Program-made: the position numbers and the translations under genes
Origin: Glaucostegus cemiculus
Lineage: Eukaryota
Direction of reading: 5' to 3'
DNA length: 64,000 nt
Assembly: GCA_976551045.1 (NCBI GenBank)
Contig: CDPCPM010000037.1
Span: forward strand, 22,754,001 to 22,818,000
Part shown: one piece after another, positions 1 through 13,094 of the stretch
Layout: each line of letters opens with the position of its first letter
Numbering within the stretch: position 1 is the first letter of the stretch
Notes under the pieces: generated by a model
Databases searched by the model: none
Told to the model about the DNA's origin: nothing
What the model saw: the letters and a program-made list of their open reading frames with translations, nothing else

Positions 1-327
1 ATGTCAAATCTTCCATTTTCTGCCCCCATGATGTTTAATCAATAACTATTGCATTTTCTCATACTAGGATTCTTTCCCAAAGCTTCCAAACATCTATTAT
101 ATATGATCCTTTTAAAGCTTTTTGTTACTTTAATGAAACAGTTGTCTCCATTTGTCATGGTGCCCAGTGACTCAACCCTTCAGCTTTTTTCTTTTTTTTA
201 GGATGACACTGAAGTTTGCAGCAGAGTACCAGGCTTTTAGTCCAATAGAAGTGATAGTTTTTCTCCATATGAGTCTTCCCTCAACCTGCTTTATCTCATC
301 ATATCAAGATGTACTTTAATGGCTTTA

Positions 328-447
328 AAAGAAAGACAGACCTAAATTTATATGGCACCTTTCACCACCCTTTCAGAACTAACCAAGGCCTTGCCACACA
401 ATTAAATACAATTGCACTGTAGGAAATGCAGTCAGCAATTTTCAGAC
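328..447 (-). mobile_element. Deu-domain SINE / L2-type 3' tail fragment (degraded)
   Basis: aaagaaagacagacctaaatttatatggcacctttcac is the reverse complement of the typical gtgaaaggcgctatataaatgcaagtctttc tail of shark DeuSINE/L2 elements. Recognised by eye. Confidence 0.5.
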
Positions 448-1174
448 TATAAACCACCCTTTTTTAAAAACAAACCTGGAAATCAGCTAATGGGACAAAT
501 CTTTCGCCATAGTCAGCAATGGATTTACCGGCAGTTATACCCAGAATGGGCAATTCCCTAGTGGAAGCATTAATGGTCCTCAGTGAGTACAAAAGGGCAG
601 GGCGAAGTTCTGTCCCATCTCTCGATTGGAAAATCTACCCAAAGGATCGCTGAAACAAATGAGAGGAAGATAATTATAACTTTTTATTTGATTGTATTAT
701 TACTTTAAATGTTCTAATTGCTTTTAACATGTATCTGCTTTCTGTTTTTGTTTCAAATATAGTATTGCTAATTTTTTTTAAAAACATTCTAAAATTTTGA
801 GTCCTGAACGATGTATGAGTTCAATTTAAATGACATGTTTGACAGCTGATGAGTCAGGAGAGGGAGGGAGGGAGGAAGGTGCAGCTTTACTACTGTCAGC
901 ACTATCTTTGTCACTGCATTTGGCCTCTTGCATCAGGAGAGGCCCTGCATTGCACTGTGCCTTGCCCATGTGCTGGGAGCTGGACACAAAGTGGAAGTCT
1001 ACACCCAGAGCCAAGCTGGAGAAACAGTGTCCCTAGTCTCAGACAACCGGCCACATCAGGGCCAAGGAAAAGCTGCCTGGCATCACTAAAAGAAATTGGA
1101 CTGTGGAATGAAAACATTTTTCAGGATATCTCTCTGCAAGATGGTGCATTTTTTTTTACACTGGGTAGGATCAT

Positions 1175-1328
1175 AGACATGGCATTTGTTTAACAACACA
1201 TCCAAAAGAAGCACTTCCAAACTGTTCCTCTTCTGTACTGCACTTGAATGTCAACCTCAAATTCCTCAACCTGCGGTGTGATTTGAATTCTCCACCCTCT
1301 TAGGCAGAGTGCCAGAAACTGAGCAGCA
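1175..1328 (-). mobile_element. Deu-domain SINE 5' (tRNA-derived head) fragment, degraded
   Basis: gtactgcacttgaatgtcaacct...atttgaattc...gagtgccagaaactgagc resembles the antisense SINE head also seen at 53590-53700 and 26040-26100. Confidence 0.45.
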
Positions 1329-2154
1329 TTCAATACTCTCCCTCGTTTATCTAATTTAAAGGATCCCATAGGGGTACAATAATGTATGTTTATAACTAAT
1401 AATGAACAATGATCATATTTATTATACAGCAGCTAATGAATATCATCTGAACTCTCCATTTGCTCTCATTACTGGTTGCAACAGCTCATTGAAAGTCACT
1501 TTAAGCAGCTACTTATTCAGTTGGACACTTTTTCTATTCAGCTTCTCCTCTACGTAAAGTTTCATGAATCAGCTAAGCGAACTATAACCGGTAGCTCAAA
1601 TAAGTATCGGAATCAATTGGTCATCGAAGCTGTCCTCCCAATTGTACCATCTATTCTCTGTTAATCAGATGTGTAATCAGCTGATTAGCTTCTCCTTTCA
1701 CAGCATTTTACAGGTCAGCCCACACTTTTCCTGATCTAGGCCAGGAACATGACTGAGTACTTTAGTGGCTGGTGCAAAATGTTATTGAATAGCTGCTCAC
1801 CTGTGACCAATGGCTTAAACAATTGATTAGTAATGTATAAAACAACTGGGTTCATCCACGGAGAATAAGCACCAATCTAAGATGAAATTTCACATTTTAG
1901 TGATCGGCTATAAAACCTTATCCTCAGCACCAAGCAATTGTTGCCTCTTATTTCTCAGTGGTGCTTTAAACAGCTGAGCAGCTTTCTGCTGAACAGCCCT
2001 ACTTTGGGACTCAAAGAAAATGAAGGCTCAGTGGTAAGTTGAGCATCATTAGTAACATTAACAAGGCTCAAGACTGCAAGTGAAGAGTAAGTAATTGAAT
2101 AAACAGCCTCTTGCAGTAATTTTCAGCAACTGGAGGGCCAAAGGGGGATTGGAT

Positions 2155-3120
2155 CTTTTCATTTATTCTTGGGATGTGGGCAGCACTCACATCTATTACT
2201 GATATCGGGCTACTCCTTCTCCAGTGGTGTGCCTTCTTTGTGAACCTTTGCAGTCTTGTGGTGATGGTGCACTTGCTGTGATGTGGGAATGAAAGTCCAT
2301 AATTTGGAATAAACAGTAAAAAGGAGTAGCAACATGTATCAAATTCAGGATATTGTTTGATTTGGATGACAATTTATTGAGGTGTTTCTTCAATTCCAGC
2401 TCTAGTCAATAGATCCAGTCACATGCCGAAACAACACAAGGTCTCCATTTGTTGTGGGAAGGTTCAAGACACCGAAATATACAAGTAACCATATTTTATT
2501 GTTGTAGTTATTATTACTGTTGTCATCATCATCAGGTGGCCTTCTGCACACTCAATGGTGCTATTTCATGTATTCAATGTTAGTGCAATGATATACATGG
2601 GATCCTGGTGTCCTGAAATTACCATAGTTCCCAAAGAATTACTGCTCTTGTCCACTTTGTGAATAGAAGTATTGTGGGAAAGAAGTGCACCAGAAATGGC
2701 CTTGAAGAGTTATTGCAGTATATTCTACATATTTTACAGTTACAGTTCACAAGTTGTACAGGGAGTAAATGATGAATCAGGTGATGGGGATGTCAAACAA
2801 GTGAATGTGTCTGCGTGGATGCTTTAGAGCTTCTTGACTGCTATTGTAGTTGCATCTTTTAACCACCATTTGAATATTATTGACATGGCCTTTTTAGGTA
2901 GAGCACAGACTTCTAAAGAAAGATGATTTGAGTTATACATCAAAGAATTTGCTGCTCCCCTAGCCACAGACTTTTGTAGTTGGTCCAATTCAACCTCTAG
3001 TCAATGAAGACTGCTGAGGTATTAATAATGGGATCCTGAGCAGTGGAGATGGTTGAGATTTCTCTTGCTTGATATGATCAATCCCTCATGTATACCTGCC
3101 AAGAATTATTCTAGGACATC
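2155..3120 (-). mobile_element. Old CR1/L2-group LINE 3' portion, antisense, heavily degraded
   Basis: Begins with ttcttgggatgtgggc, the reverse complement of the gcccacatcccttgaatga tail at 13578-13596. Patchy antisense similarity to the 13095-13606 element follows. Confidence 0.5.
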
Positions 3121-6100
3121 TAGTGTTTTCACTTTATGAAGATTCCCAAACAATAATCCAGATGTGCCATAGCAAAAGCGAGATTGTCAGTGCAATATAT
3201 TTTGATAACAACATACCAATTCAAGCAGCTTCTACCGTATCATTAATTCAAAGATTTGCATTCACTTTTGCAACATATTTGATTGTATTGTTATTGTTAA
3301 GTTTAATGTATTGCATAATGTTTTGGTGCTGAAGTGTTACTATGTTCATTTCAGTCATAAAGAATAATTCCATTAGTTGAACTAATGCTCATCCTGACTT
3401 GAGTTTAGTTGTGACTTGGAAAGGGATAAGAAAGCACCTATCAGTTCCAGGCATAAGTGAATGGATTACTTGCCTTTCTCTCAAAGACTGTTTCAAACAA
3501 TGTGTAATATCCTTCATATAATGCACAGCAGATGAATTAGGTGTAAAGTTACTGGTGACTTCTAGTGATAGGCCAAGAAATAGAAATTTAATGGCATTAT
3601 TTAAAGCAATTTATACTGATCATAAGAAAAAAAATAAAGTGGACTTCAGAGCAGGAGTATAGCACCTGAGATGCATTGAAGCTGTTTCAACCTGCACAAA
3701 AGCAGCACAGTATTGATATCAGTTGTGCCTGAGGTTTAAAGCTGCAATGTAGCGTAGATGAAGAATGGTACCTGTTTAAAAAAACTCCTTTTTCTGAATT
3801 TCAATCTGCTCACATCTGAGGAAGATCTTTGCTCTTCTTCTGAGCGATCCTTCCAATCAATGAATCTCGAACAAAGTCAGTTAACACGGTACAAAAACAT
3901 TTAATGCTGAGACAGTTTTCAAAAACAATTCTAAGTCCACGTGTTTAATAAAAGAGACTTGAGCAATAGCTGAGTAATAGCGGTTTCAGGTCAAAAGTGT
4001 GCAGTCTGCTGAGAAGTCATGAGAAATTATTGTGATTTGAGAATTAAAATTTAAATTGATCTACTTCCAGTTTAAGCTTGGGTTCCAGTTTAATCTTTGC
4101 TTCACTTTGATGTTTCATTGGTTTAGATTACATTTGTTGTCCACTTGTCTTTGTCTCTGTACATTTGTGTCTACTGGTGCTGGACGGTCTGCACAATGTC
4201 CAAGCGAGTACTAGTGTACTAAACCATAATTACTGCTTGACAAACTCTCTGGGTGTAACCAACTAATTTTATGTATGTGGATTGTACTTCACTTGAATAA
4301 TTCTTGCTGAATGTAATGGGGTAGAAATCCATCTCAGTTGTATGTGCTTGAAACCAGCAGAATTGAATTTTGAGAGCAGAACACGAGACTCATAGCTGTA
4401 ATTACACATTTCAAAGAAATGTCTAGGGATAAGTTTCTACCGCAATGAATCATATTTTTTTAATATTCTAAATATTTATTTATGATACTTTAGATTCTAC
4501 CTTAATTATATTTCTACTTTCCTCTCTTTCATTAGTTAAAAAATTGTACTTCTCTCTCCTAATTTGCAGTTTGTGAGAATTTCTCACTGTGATTGGCTGC
4601 ACAGCCAGTTTGATAGTATTAATGTTGGTGGTTGCCAGGGACCTCCATGTCTGATGCCTGTCCACATCAGAAAGGGGTGAGCCTGTGCCACAGAGATGAC
4701 TAAAGGTCAGCAACAATCAGTACTTTGTCATTGATTGCAAAATCCAGGCCAACCTGTACATTTAACATGGCCGAATTTAAACCATGCATCCATGGGATGA
4801 CACTGAATATATCTGACAGAGAGGGATATTTGCTGGTAAAGCTTCAATTTCCATTAGCTTCATGGTTGTCCTAATTTTTACCTTGTCTTGCAGTCTGTTG
4901 GAGAGAGGGAAAAAGTCTCTGTGATCTTTAATGTAGCCCCATTCCACCAGAAAGAAGTACTCTAATAGGTAGTAACAATGGGCTTTTCAACACTATACTG
5001 AAATACTTGCGTCTATAAAACAGGAAGAGACTAAGCATGGATCCTTAATGTGCACTTTATGGCAGATATCCTTTCAAAATGAGGATATGTTTTGACCTGC
5101 TATACATTTGAAGTCTCTGGATTATTTCTTGGAGTTGTTGTGTTTGATTTATAATGAAAGGGCCTGGCTGCTGATATGACAGCTAGCTTATTTCTAATGA
5201 AAGGAGCAACAGACATTTGGGTTCATTATAATTTTACAAAAATATCTGTATTCTATATACTTCTGTATTGTGCATTTACATACACAGGAATGTTATATTC
5301 CTATCACACCTATGTATCACACCTTGCATCTATAGTTTTATGAAGTACAATAAAGTTACAAATTCACTTGATTGATGCAACTTTTAAGTTTTTAAGCTGA
5401 AATGATACCATAAAAAAAAGGTTGTACTGTAGAGAGAGTCGGCCAGAACATAGGAACTGGATTCAATGCTGTGATGATTTCATATTATCATGCTTATTAA
5501 GAAACCTTATTGAAAATGAGTTGCAAAATTACTTATGTACTGAAAAAAATCAATATTTTTAATTATTGATAAGACAATCTTAGAACTATTGTATTTGAAG
5601 TTACAAGAGCATCACATTATTTTACTAATCTAATCATTTATATTTTTCAATCAAACAGTTTCCAAGAAATTCTGTTTGGGGTGTTAAAATATTCAAGTTG
5701 ATTGGCAGTGTTAACATGTTCAGCCAATACCATGATGTGTGTTTGTTTGCACAGTGTGGGTAAGCTTCATCTTGCATTTCCTGGATCTCCAGATGATTGC
5801 TAAATAAAAGAATTACAATTCAGTTTGGCTTCCGCATTCAGGGCTGATAGTATTTGAACGTGGGGCATGCTTCGATATGAATATTATACAATATGAATAC
5901 CAATACAGTAGCCGTCAGGTTTTCAGGCTGAATGAACAGATAACATCATTTCTGATCCTCCGGTATCACGTTAATACTGGTTGTATATTTATGGACACAT
6001 AAAACCAAAACACAAATGCTGAAGGTTTGGATTTAGAAATGTTCAATTATTTATTGTGTTTTACAAGTCAAGCAAGTACAATGTGTGATGTAAACAGCTC

Positions 6101-7294
6101 TTCCTTCTGGATAATATGAAAATATGTAGCATTAATGCAAGATTCTGGCAATTCTACTGTTACTTTCAAAATTCAATTTATACCTTGGTTGAAGGGACTT
6201 GTTCATGACCACAACAAACTACTATGAATGCGTGGATATTGGTTTGAAGCAAGTTGCCATCAGCATAAAAGCATTGCTTAACAAATACAACATTCACAGT
6301 CTGTTCATCAAAATCTCAGAGTGACTCTTTTCATCCTGCTGTGGTCTGGTGAGGGCAACTTCTCTTCTGCTAGCCTTCACGCTCACTGTCTCTTTCAGGC
6401 TCCTTACTTTAATAAGATTTTTCTCTTTGATCTTTCATGATAACTACTAGTTTCTTGAGCTATCTTTTCCCTTCGCTCAACAGTACACCTGTGTTTTCTT
6501 TATTATCAACCAGACTTGGTTACTTCAAATGTGGGCTTTTCACAGAACCTGTCTCAGACTTTGTCACAAATATCTTTCCTCCAGTAGTAAGATTTTAATT
6601 CCCTTGTTGACTCTTTATTCATCTTTTAATGTCCTGTTCTCGATGCATTCTCTGACTGCACAGTGTACAAGTTGGGCACAGTGTATACATTCCTACTTGA
6701 ATCTTTTTCTTCATTTACCAGAGCTTTTGGACTTAATTGACCCTCACACACTGCTTCTTAATCTTACTCCACATTAATACTGAGTTACTACATATTGTCA
6801 TTGTTTATAATACTGAATACATAAGAAGTTAATATAGGTTATTTATTGGAACATTATGATAATGTTTAGAATGCATATGACTACTTTATCCAATTTAAAA
6901 TTGTTCAAATTGGTTCAGGCTAGCTCCTCCATTAATAATCCTATTTCTACAAAATTTGCATATTTGCACCAATCAACAGTTTCACATCAAATGAAAAGAT
7001 AAAATTTTGTGGACAGAGCTGCAGTCATTAAAATGCAACAGTTTCAAAATGTGCTAACACTACAAAATCTCCCCCCAGAAACTGAAACATTTTCAACATT
7101 GTCCTTTGAACCTAACCACAAAGCTTAAAGGTAAATTTTATACCTCAGCCATAAAAATATAAACACCTGTGAAACAAAATTCAAAATGTTAGCGTCAATC
7201 ACATCAGTCATTACTTCTGATGCATTTATCACAGTGTACCTACTCAACCCTCATATGGCTGAAGTATTTAAATTTTTGGATCACCTTGCAAAGA

Positions 7295-7530
7295 CCTGGA
7301 TCATTAATCTGGAGATATGAATTAGGAACCCAGCTGGGGAATTTTAAAGAAATGAAAGAAACCTGGAGCTGAAAAGTTCATGTCGATAGCTGTGACCATG
7401 AAACAGCTGCATCTGGTTTATTGCCGTATTTCAGGGAAGGAATCTATTAGCTTATATGTAACTCCCAACCCACTTGTCTGGTTGACTTATAGCTGCCTCC
7501 AACATTTGCGTCCATGAATGAGTAAAAAAA
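7295..7530 (+). mobile_element. Chondrichthyan tRNA-derived SINE fragment
   Basis: Shares gaccatgaaac...catctggtt...agggaaggaa...tggttgact with the copies at 15250-15510 and 55780-56025, and ends in catgaatgagtaaaaaaa. Confidence 0.55.
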
Positions 7531-8144
7531 TTGTCAACATTTGAGCTGTATGTTTCTTCCTGAGTTGTATGTTGTCCCTCCATACTTCATTGCTTCCCCT
7601 CAATATGATGATCCTACAGATCTGTCAACCTAGACATCCCATGACCATAAAGCAAAATCATATTCCTGTAACCAAAAGGATGAAAACAACTCCCCTCCAG
7701 GAGTCTCACTGCTCATGATGCTTTTACCACTCTCTTTTCTAGTTCCTCAGACATTGGACATTTGCTATCAAGTTCTGGATAAGTTGCACTCTCCTCCAAT
7801 GAAATCAGTGCTATTGACTTAAATTCCTGTTACAATTATACTCTGATCATTGATTCTGACCATCTTTTCTGGCACTGTCACAGGTTTAGTATTCAAAATA
7901 GAGTTGAGCTTCTGATCTTTAATATTTACTTTTGATGAATACCATCAAGGACCACTTTACTCCAGTTAAATTCCTCAGCCGTCATAGTGAGATTTGAACA
8001 CACATCTCTGCATCGTTCTATTTCTAGCCTCATGATTTGGCCACAGCCTTATGTGATAGGGTAGTGACAGAAATACTGGAAGCAACAGCAGGGTCTCATC
8101 ACTTTATGGCTGTGTCCTTGCAATCTCAAAGTTGGTTTGAAGGG

Positions 8145-8356
8145 TGACCTATTCTACCTCAGAGGGCTGCAGAGGCTCAGTCATTGTGGCCATTCAAGGC
8201 AGAGACTGATAGATCTCTGGATATTAAGAGAATCAAGGGTTGTGGTGACGGTGCTGATAAATGGGACTAAGGCAGAAGATCTGTTATGATCATGATGAAT
8301 GGCAAATTAGGCTCAAAGAGCCAGATAGCCTACTTCTGTTCCTTGTGTCTCATGTG
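8145..8356 (+). mobile_element. CR1/HER1-type LINE 3' end (old)
   Basis: cattcaaggcagagactgatagat...gaatcaaggg...gaatggc...ggctcaaagagccagatagcctacttctgttcct matches the CR1 ORF2 end and 3' UTR pattern. Confidence 0.65.
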
Positions 8357-8464
8357 TGTCTCATTGTGTGTTTATTTCAGTTTGCAAATGGATTTGTTGG
8401 ATGTTAGGAATCCACATGGAAACCATTATCTACACTCCCTGTGAAAACAGTAAATTCAGCCACA

Positions 8465-8775
8465 ATGAGGAGATTTGATAGAGGAATATAAAAATCATAG
8501 GTTTAGTTGGGATAAACATTAGCAGATGGATCAAGAACCAGAGGATGTGGATTTAAAGTGATTGGCCAAAAATTCAGGGTGAAGAAGAAAAAAATTATGT
8601 AGCACATAGTTATGATCTGGAATGGTGAGTGGCAGATTCATTCATGGCTACATAAAGGAATGGGGATAAATATGTGAAGTGCAATAGGGAAAGAACAAGG
8701 GAATGGGATTGGCTAGAGTGGTCCACAAAGAGGTAGCACAGATAAGATTGGCTGAATTGCCACCTTCTCTGATTC
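8465..8775 (+). mobile_element. CR1-type LINE 3' end (old)
   Basis: atgaggagatttgatagagg...aagaaccagaggatgtggatttaaagtgattggc...tggctgaattgc is a degraded version of the RGDLIE...TRGHxFK region. Confidence 0.6.
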
Positions 8776-9121
8776 AAAGGGACAATTCATTTGTAAGTCA
8801 ACTTAGTGACTTGCAGCACCATTTTAGAAGATATTTTAAGAGATGACCACATTACTGTAGGTCTGGAATCGCACCAAAAGGAACTTTATTACAACCCAAA
8901 GGGCCGAAAGAAACGACATTGCCCTTAAATAAATCCTGGTCTTAAAGAAGCAATTATTGTTATCAGCCAATATTATATCTTTAAAAGGGTAACATTCATA
9001 TTTATAAATTTTATACATTTATTGGTGTAACTAAGTTAGCATTTGCACACTCAAACGATGCTGGTTCCACCTGCTCTGATTCTTTAGATGTTGCTGGAAT
9101 TTTGTCTGACTTGAGACAAAA

Positions 9122-9390
9122 TCACATTGTCTCATTTTCTCTCCTTAACAGTGTCATGGGTTGATTTCCCTTGACCACTCTGACCAGAAACATCCCACAG
9201 TCGTAACTATTCTTCTGGCTATTGCATGCTGGGAGGAAATAGTTAGTGTGGAATTTATGGAATCCATTCCCAATTCCCTGAAGACTCTGGCAACAGAGAT
9301 GAGGGAAGATGACAAATTTTGAGGAAGTAAGCGAGGTAACACTATCCAAGAGTACAGATGTTGGTCTAGGTTTCTATGACAAAATGTTTT
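9122..9390 (-). pseudogene. Possible decayed Ulp1/SENP (peptidase C48)-like coding fragment
   Basis: The minus frame reads VLLDS...PACNSQKNSYDCGMFL, matching the family motif Q-x-N-x-x-D-C-G-x-F with a DS 49 residues before the Cys. An in-frame stop lies just upstream. Confidence 0.3.
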
Positions 9391-10329
9391 GTCTTTAAAT
9401 CTGTTCTGCTTGTTCATATTACACATTATTAGAACTCTTTAACTAGGTTACCTTGTTTTAGAAGGGCACACAGCCCAGATGCAACTTAGAACTAAGAGCC
9501 TTGAATTCTCCAAAGGCTTCACCATTGTATACAAATATGGCCATTTGTTGGGCCATTTAATCTGGTCCCATTGAAGGGGTAGGTGATTTTCTATACTTGG
9601 AGATATCTAACATTGTGAGGACCATCAGCTAATGCTATTTGTAGTGGGAGTGCTGGATGTAAGGGCTGACCATATTAATAAACACATTAGTTACTTAAGG
9701 CCTATTTAATGGTATGTTTACCAATTACATAGTGCTGTGTGGAAAAGGTCTGGAAGCATAATTGTTGGCTAAAAAAGCCATTACCACAAACTGGAGGCTT
9801 TCTAAATCAGGTGAGCCAGTTAATCGTGAGATAGGCTAAGGCAGTTAATTGAGCTTTTTTTATTGGCCAAATTAAATTCAGAATCATTGATTGGGTAAGT
9901 TGTGCAAGCATGCTCTATGCCTATCTCCCTCCTGTGACATATCTACTAGGAGCATTTGAGGCACTTCTAAAATCCTGCATATTTCTGCTCTCATATATGA
10001 AAAATGCAGAGCACCACAAGGTTACCTCCTCCTTCACAATGAACTCGAGGCTAACTTTTCTTGTGACAACAGCAAAGACTTGTGTATATGCTGTTAAGTC
10101 CCAAGGGCTTCATGGGAGTGTTGTCAAACAAAAATTAATGCCTATCCACAGAAGGGACTATGAGTACAAACAAAATAGAGAGACAGTTCTGATAGTCCCC
10201 TTAGTTCATACTGCTTCTACTCTCCTGATAGCTATTACTATGTTAGTTAATACCTTTCAATATAAATGTGGTTCATATTTCATTATAATTAAAAGTTGCC
10301 GAACCACAGAATTGCATTAAAATTATACC

Positions 10330-10564
10330 CTGGCTGTACTGCAGTGGCTCATTCATTGCCAATATAAATAGGCTTGTTGAATTCATTTGGAGATTTCTTG
10401 TTCCTCCACCATATTCTGTAGGTTGAAGATCTTGGCATCAATCACCGCCATTGCATGGCTCGGGTCCCTTTCCAGTTGTTCTAAAGCTTCTTTCTCTCCA
10501 TTTTCAAGCTGCTTCCTGAGAGCGTTGCATTGCTCAAGTGTTTATTTCCTTCTCCTTCATCACC
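10330..10564 (-). pseudogene. Possible TRIM-type coiled-coil pseudo-exon
   Basis: Acceptor-like tttcag ending at 10565. Open frame 10541-10383 gives TLEQCNALRKQLENGEKEALEQLERDPSHAMAVIDAKIFNLQNMVEEQEISK*, and another frame ends NEPLQYSQ. Length about 235 nt, with frameshifts. Confidence 0.33.
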
Positions 10565-12240
10565 CTGAAAGCAATTTGCTACTTTAATTACCTGAATGTC
10601 AGCCACAGCGTTCACTCTCTGAGGCTGCTTTCAGAGTTTCCCTGTGCTAATTTACTTCCATAAATTTTCTACTTATGTCAAAAGTTAAAGTTGCCCATTG
10701 TCCACAGCTTTGACTATCTTAAGTTTTGTTTGCCAACTGTCCTCTCATTTTCTATTCTATCATTCTCAGGATTTTAATATATTATCATTTATTTATAGCT
10801 ATAGCTCTTACATATATTGGAGTGGGATTAGTTGTGTTTAGGATAATGTGTTTCTTGCAATAAATCAAGAACGCACTTTGTGAACAGCGGATTGGTCCAA
10901 TACGTGGAAGATAAATTGAACAGATTACAGAGCAAACCCAGTTTCTCATCAGCATGATTGTGCATTTTTTTAAAAATATATAATTACAAGCAAAATGATA
11001 AGTCGTACTCTAGGCCTCCACCAGGTAATACCACTGTCAGGAGGATAGCCCTTTGGAAGGAAGCCGATTTCATCAAGTTGTTCAGGGGGCAGGTTACTAT
11101 TTTTGTCAGAGCAGAGGCTTCATAATGGGTATCAGTTGGCAGTAGATGAACTGCAAATCTCATTTCAAGGTTGAGAGAGTCAAGCTGCAACTTCTAATCA
11201 ATGATTTATGGGAGAAATGTATTTACATTATCACTTTCATTGAAACTGCTCATTGCCAAATATGTGAGTATTTATCTTTTCACCTATTATACAGCAAGAG
11301 ATCAGTATACGTATTTAAATCCAAATAAATTTATAAAGTCTACAATGATTTTGCTCCTACTGCAATATTTATATTCCATTTGCATCCAATCGTAGGTTTA
11401 CTGGAATGCTAGTGTTGTTTTGATAGCTCATTAGTCAAATAGTGACGGGAAGAGTTCTTTTTTTTATATAGTTTGTTATAATTAAGGGACCTGTTGTCTT
11501 AAAACCACAGCTGTCTAAGTGGATTTTGCTCTAATGAGTTTCCCATTGGATGCCTTCATAACTGTCTCTCCCTTTCATATTTCCTCTGTAATCAGTCAAG
11601 AGGAGATTCATTTCTGAAGGAGAGAACTGATCTGGCTGGCTTCAATTTTCTACTGTGCTTCAATAAGGCCTTGCATGTATCAATTAAACTTGTCTGAAAA
11701 GGCTAGTTCAAGTTTGAAGGTTAGGAGTCAAGTTCAAAGTTAGAAATGGGGTCAGTGGCAATAGGAAAGTGGGAAACACTGTATACATCCAGGATTTTCC
11801 TATGGGTGGCTTAGCCAGTAACACTGATTGGACCTCATTTGAATTTCAGCTTACAGCTATTTATCTGAAACAGATATGCGGAGATAGTAGATTCAATGTC
11901 CGCAGGTGAAAATAGGTAGAACAGAGGCTACGGTTAGGGAAGTTCAACAGGAGTAGGGGCAATGGGTGGGCTGGCTAAAGCCAGGCTTTGTAGATGAGTA
12001 GGGGAATCACTGGACTGCAGATCCTTATACATTTAGGAATAGGCCCAGAAAAGCACAAGGTAACCTTTAGGTGAGTACAAGCAGTATTTGAATGCATAAT
12101 CAGCATTACTAGTTTCCTCCTTTACACTGCTCTCCATTTATAAAGCTAAGATAATATTGACTATTTACACTTACTTACATGCCTACTTGCAGCAGTTATG
12201 TACTGAATTCATCAGTCTCTTTGTTGCCTTTTTATCATCC

Positions 12241-12603
12241 TGGCTACCTCGGGAAAGCAGCAAACATAATCAAAGACCCCTCCCACCCTGCTCATTCCAT
12301 CGGGCAGATGATACAAAAGCTTGAAAACGTGTACCATCAGCTTCAAGGGCAGCTTCTATCTGGCTGTTATAAGACTCTTGAACAGACCTCTTGATCTCTC
12401 AATGTATCTCATCATGGCCCTTGCATCTTATTTGTCTACCTGCACTGCACTTTCATTGTAACTGTAACATTATATTCTGAATTCTGTTATTGTTTTCCTT
12501 TTGTACTGCCTTGATTTTACGTATGGAATGATCTGTCTGGATAGCATGCAAGAAAAAGCTTCTCATTGTATGTTGGTACATGTGACAATAATAAACCAAT
12601 TAC
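12241..12603 (+). mobile_element. Rex1/Babar-type LINE 3' end (DUF1891-like C-terminus plus 3' UTR)
   Basis: Translates GKAANIIKDPSHPAHS and, after a frameshift, KSLKTCTISFKGSFYLAVIRLLN, the Rex1 ORF end. The 3' UTR ends tgacaataataaaccaattac and is near-identical to 42940-43266. Confidence 0.8.
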
Positions 12604-13094
12604 CCTTCAAATCACATATTTCCTAATTTAGACATCTGCAGTGTTGCTGAGTCACAATCCCAGAACTTCTGACTGTACAGCACTTGGAAGCACTGTCATC
12701 CCATGAACTTCAATCATTCAAGAAGGCCTCAGCACCAAGTATGCATGACCCAGGGTAGCAGTCTTGGCAGCAGCCATGTTGAGAACAAAAAGAAATTATC
12801 CACGCTCTTCACTACCTTACAGCTGAATGTGCCGTACCATGTCTTGTTTCTCCCGCATAGTCAAATACTTAAAGTTTTACTACATTAAATCTTATCTGTC
12901 ACTTGCTTGCCTGCTCTGCAAATCTGGCTGAAAGTGTATAGCAATCCCCTTCAGTATTTTAAAAGCCTCTTACTTTGTGAAACTCAAACATGTGATTATT
13001 TTCACTATATCCAACACCAAAAATAAGAGTAGGACAAGCGTTAACTGCTGGGCTGTATTACCTCTAACTCTTCTGAAGGCAAAATTCATTTACT

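Noticed and set aside
826-1193. Cluster of overlapping ORFs in a GC-richer patch
   Set aside because: Higher GC lowers stop frequency, and none of the translations resembles a known protein.
4620-4716. Possible PRY-SPRY exon for the TRIM-like fragment (LCGTG...RHQTW)
   Set aside because: Spacing does not fit VLxxxGFxSGRHYWEV and no downstream SPRY motifs are present.
9910-10320. 136-aa plus-strand ORF
   Set aside because: It has no recognisable domain or splice context, and its composition is typical of a random AT-rich ORF.
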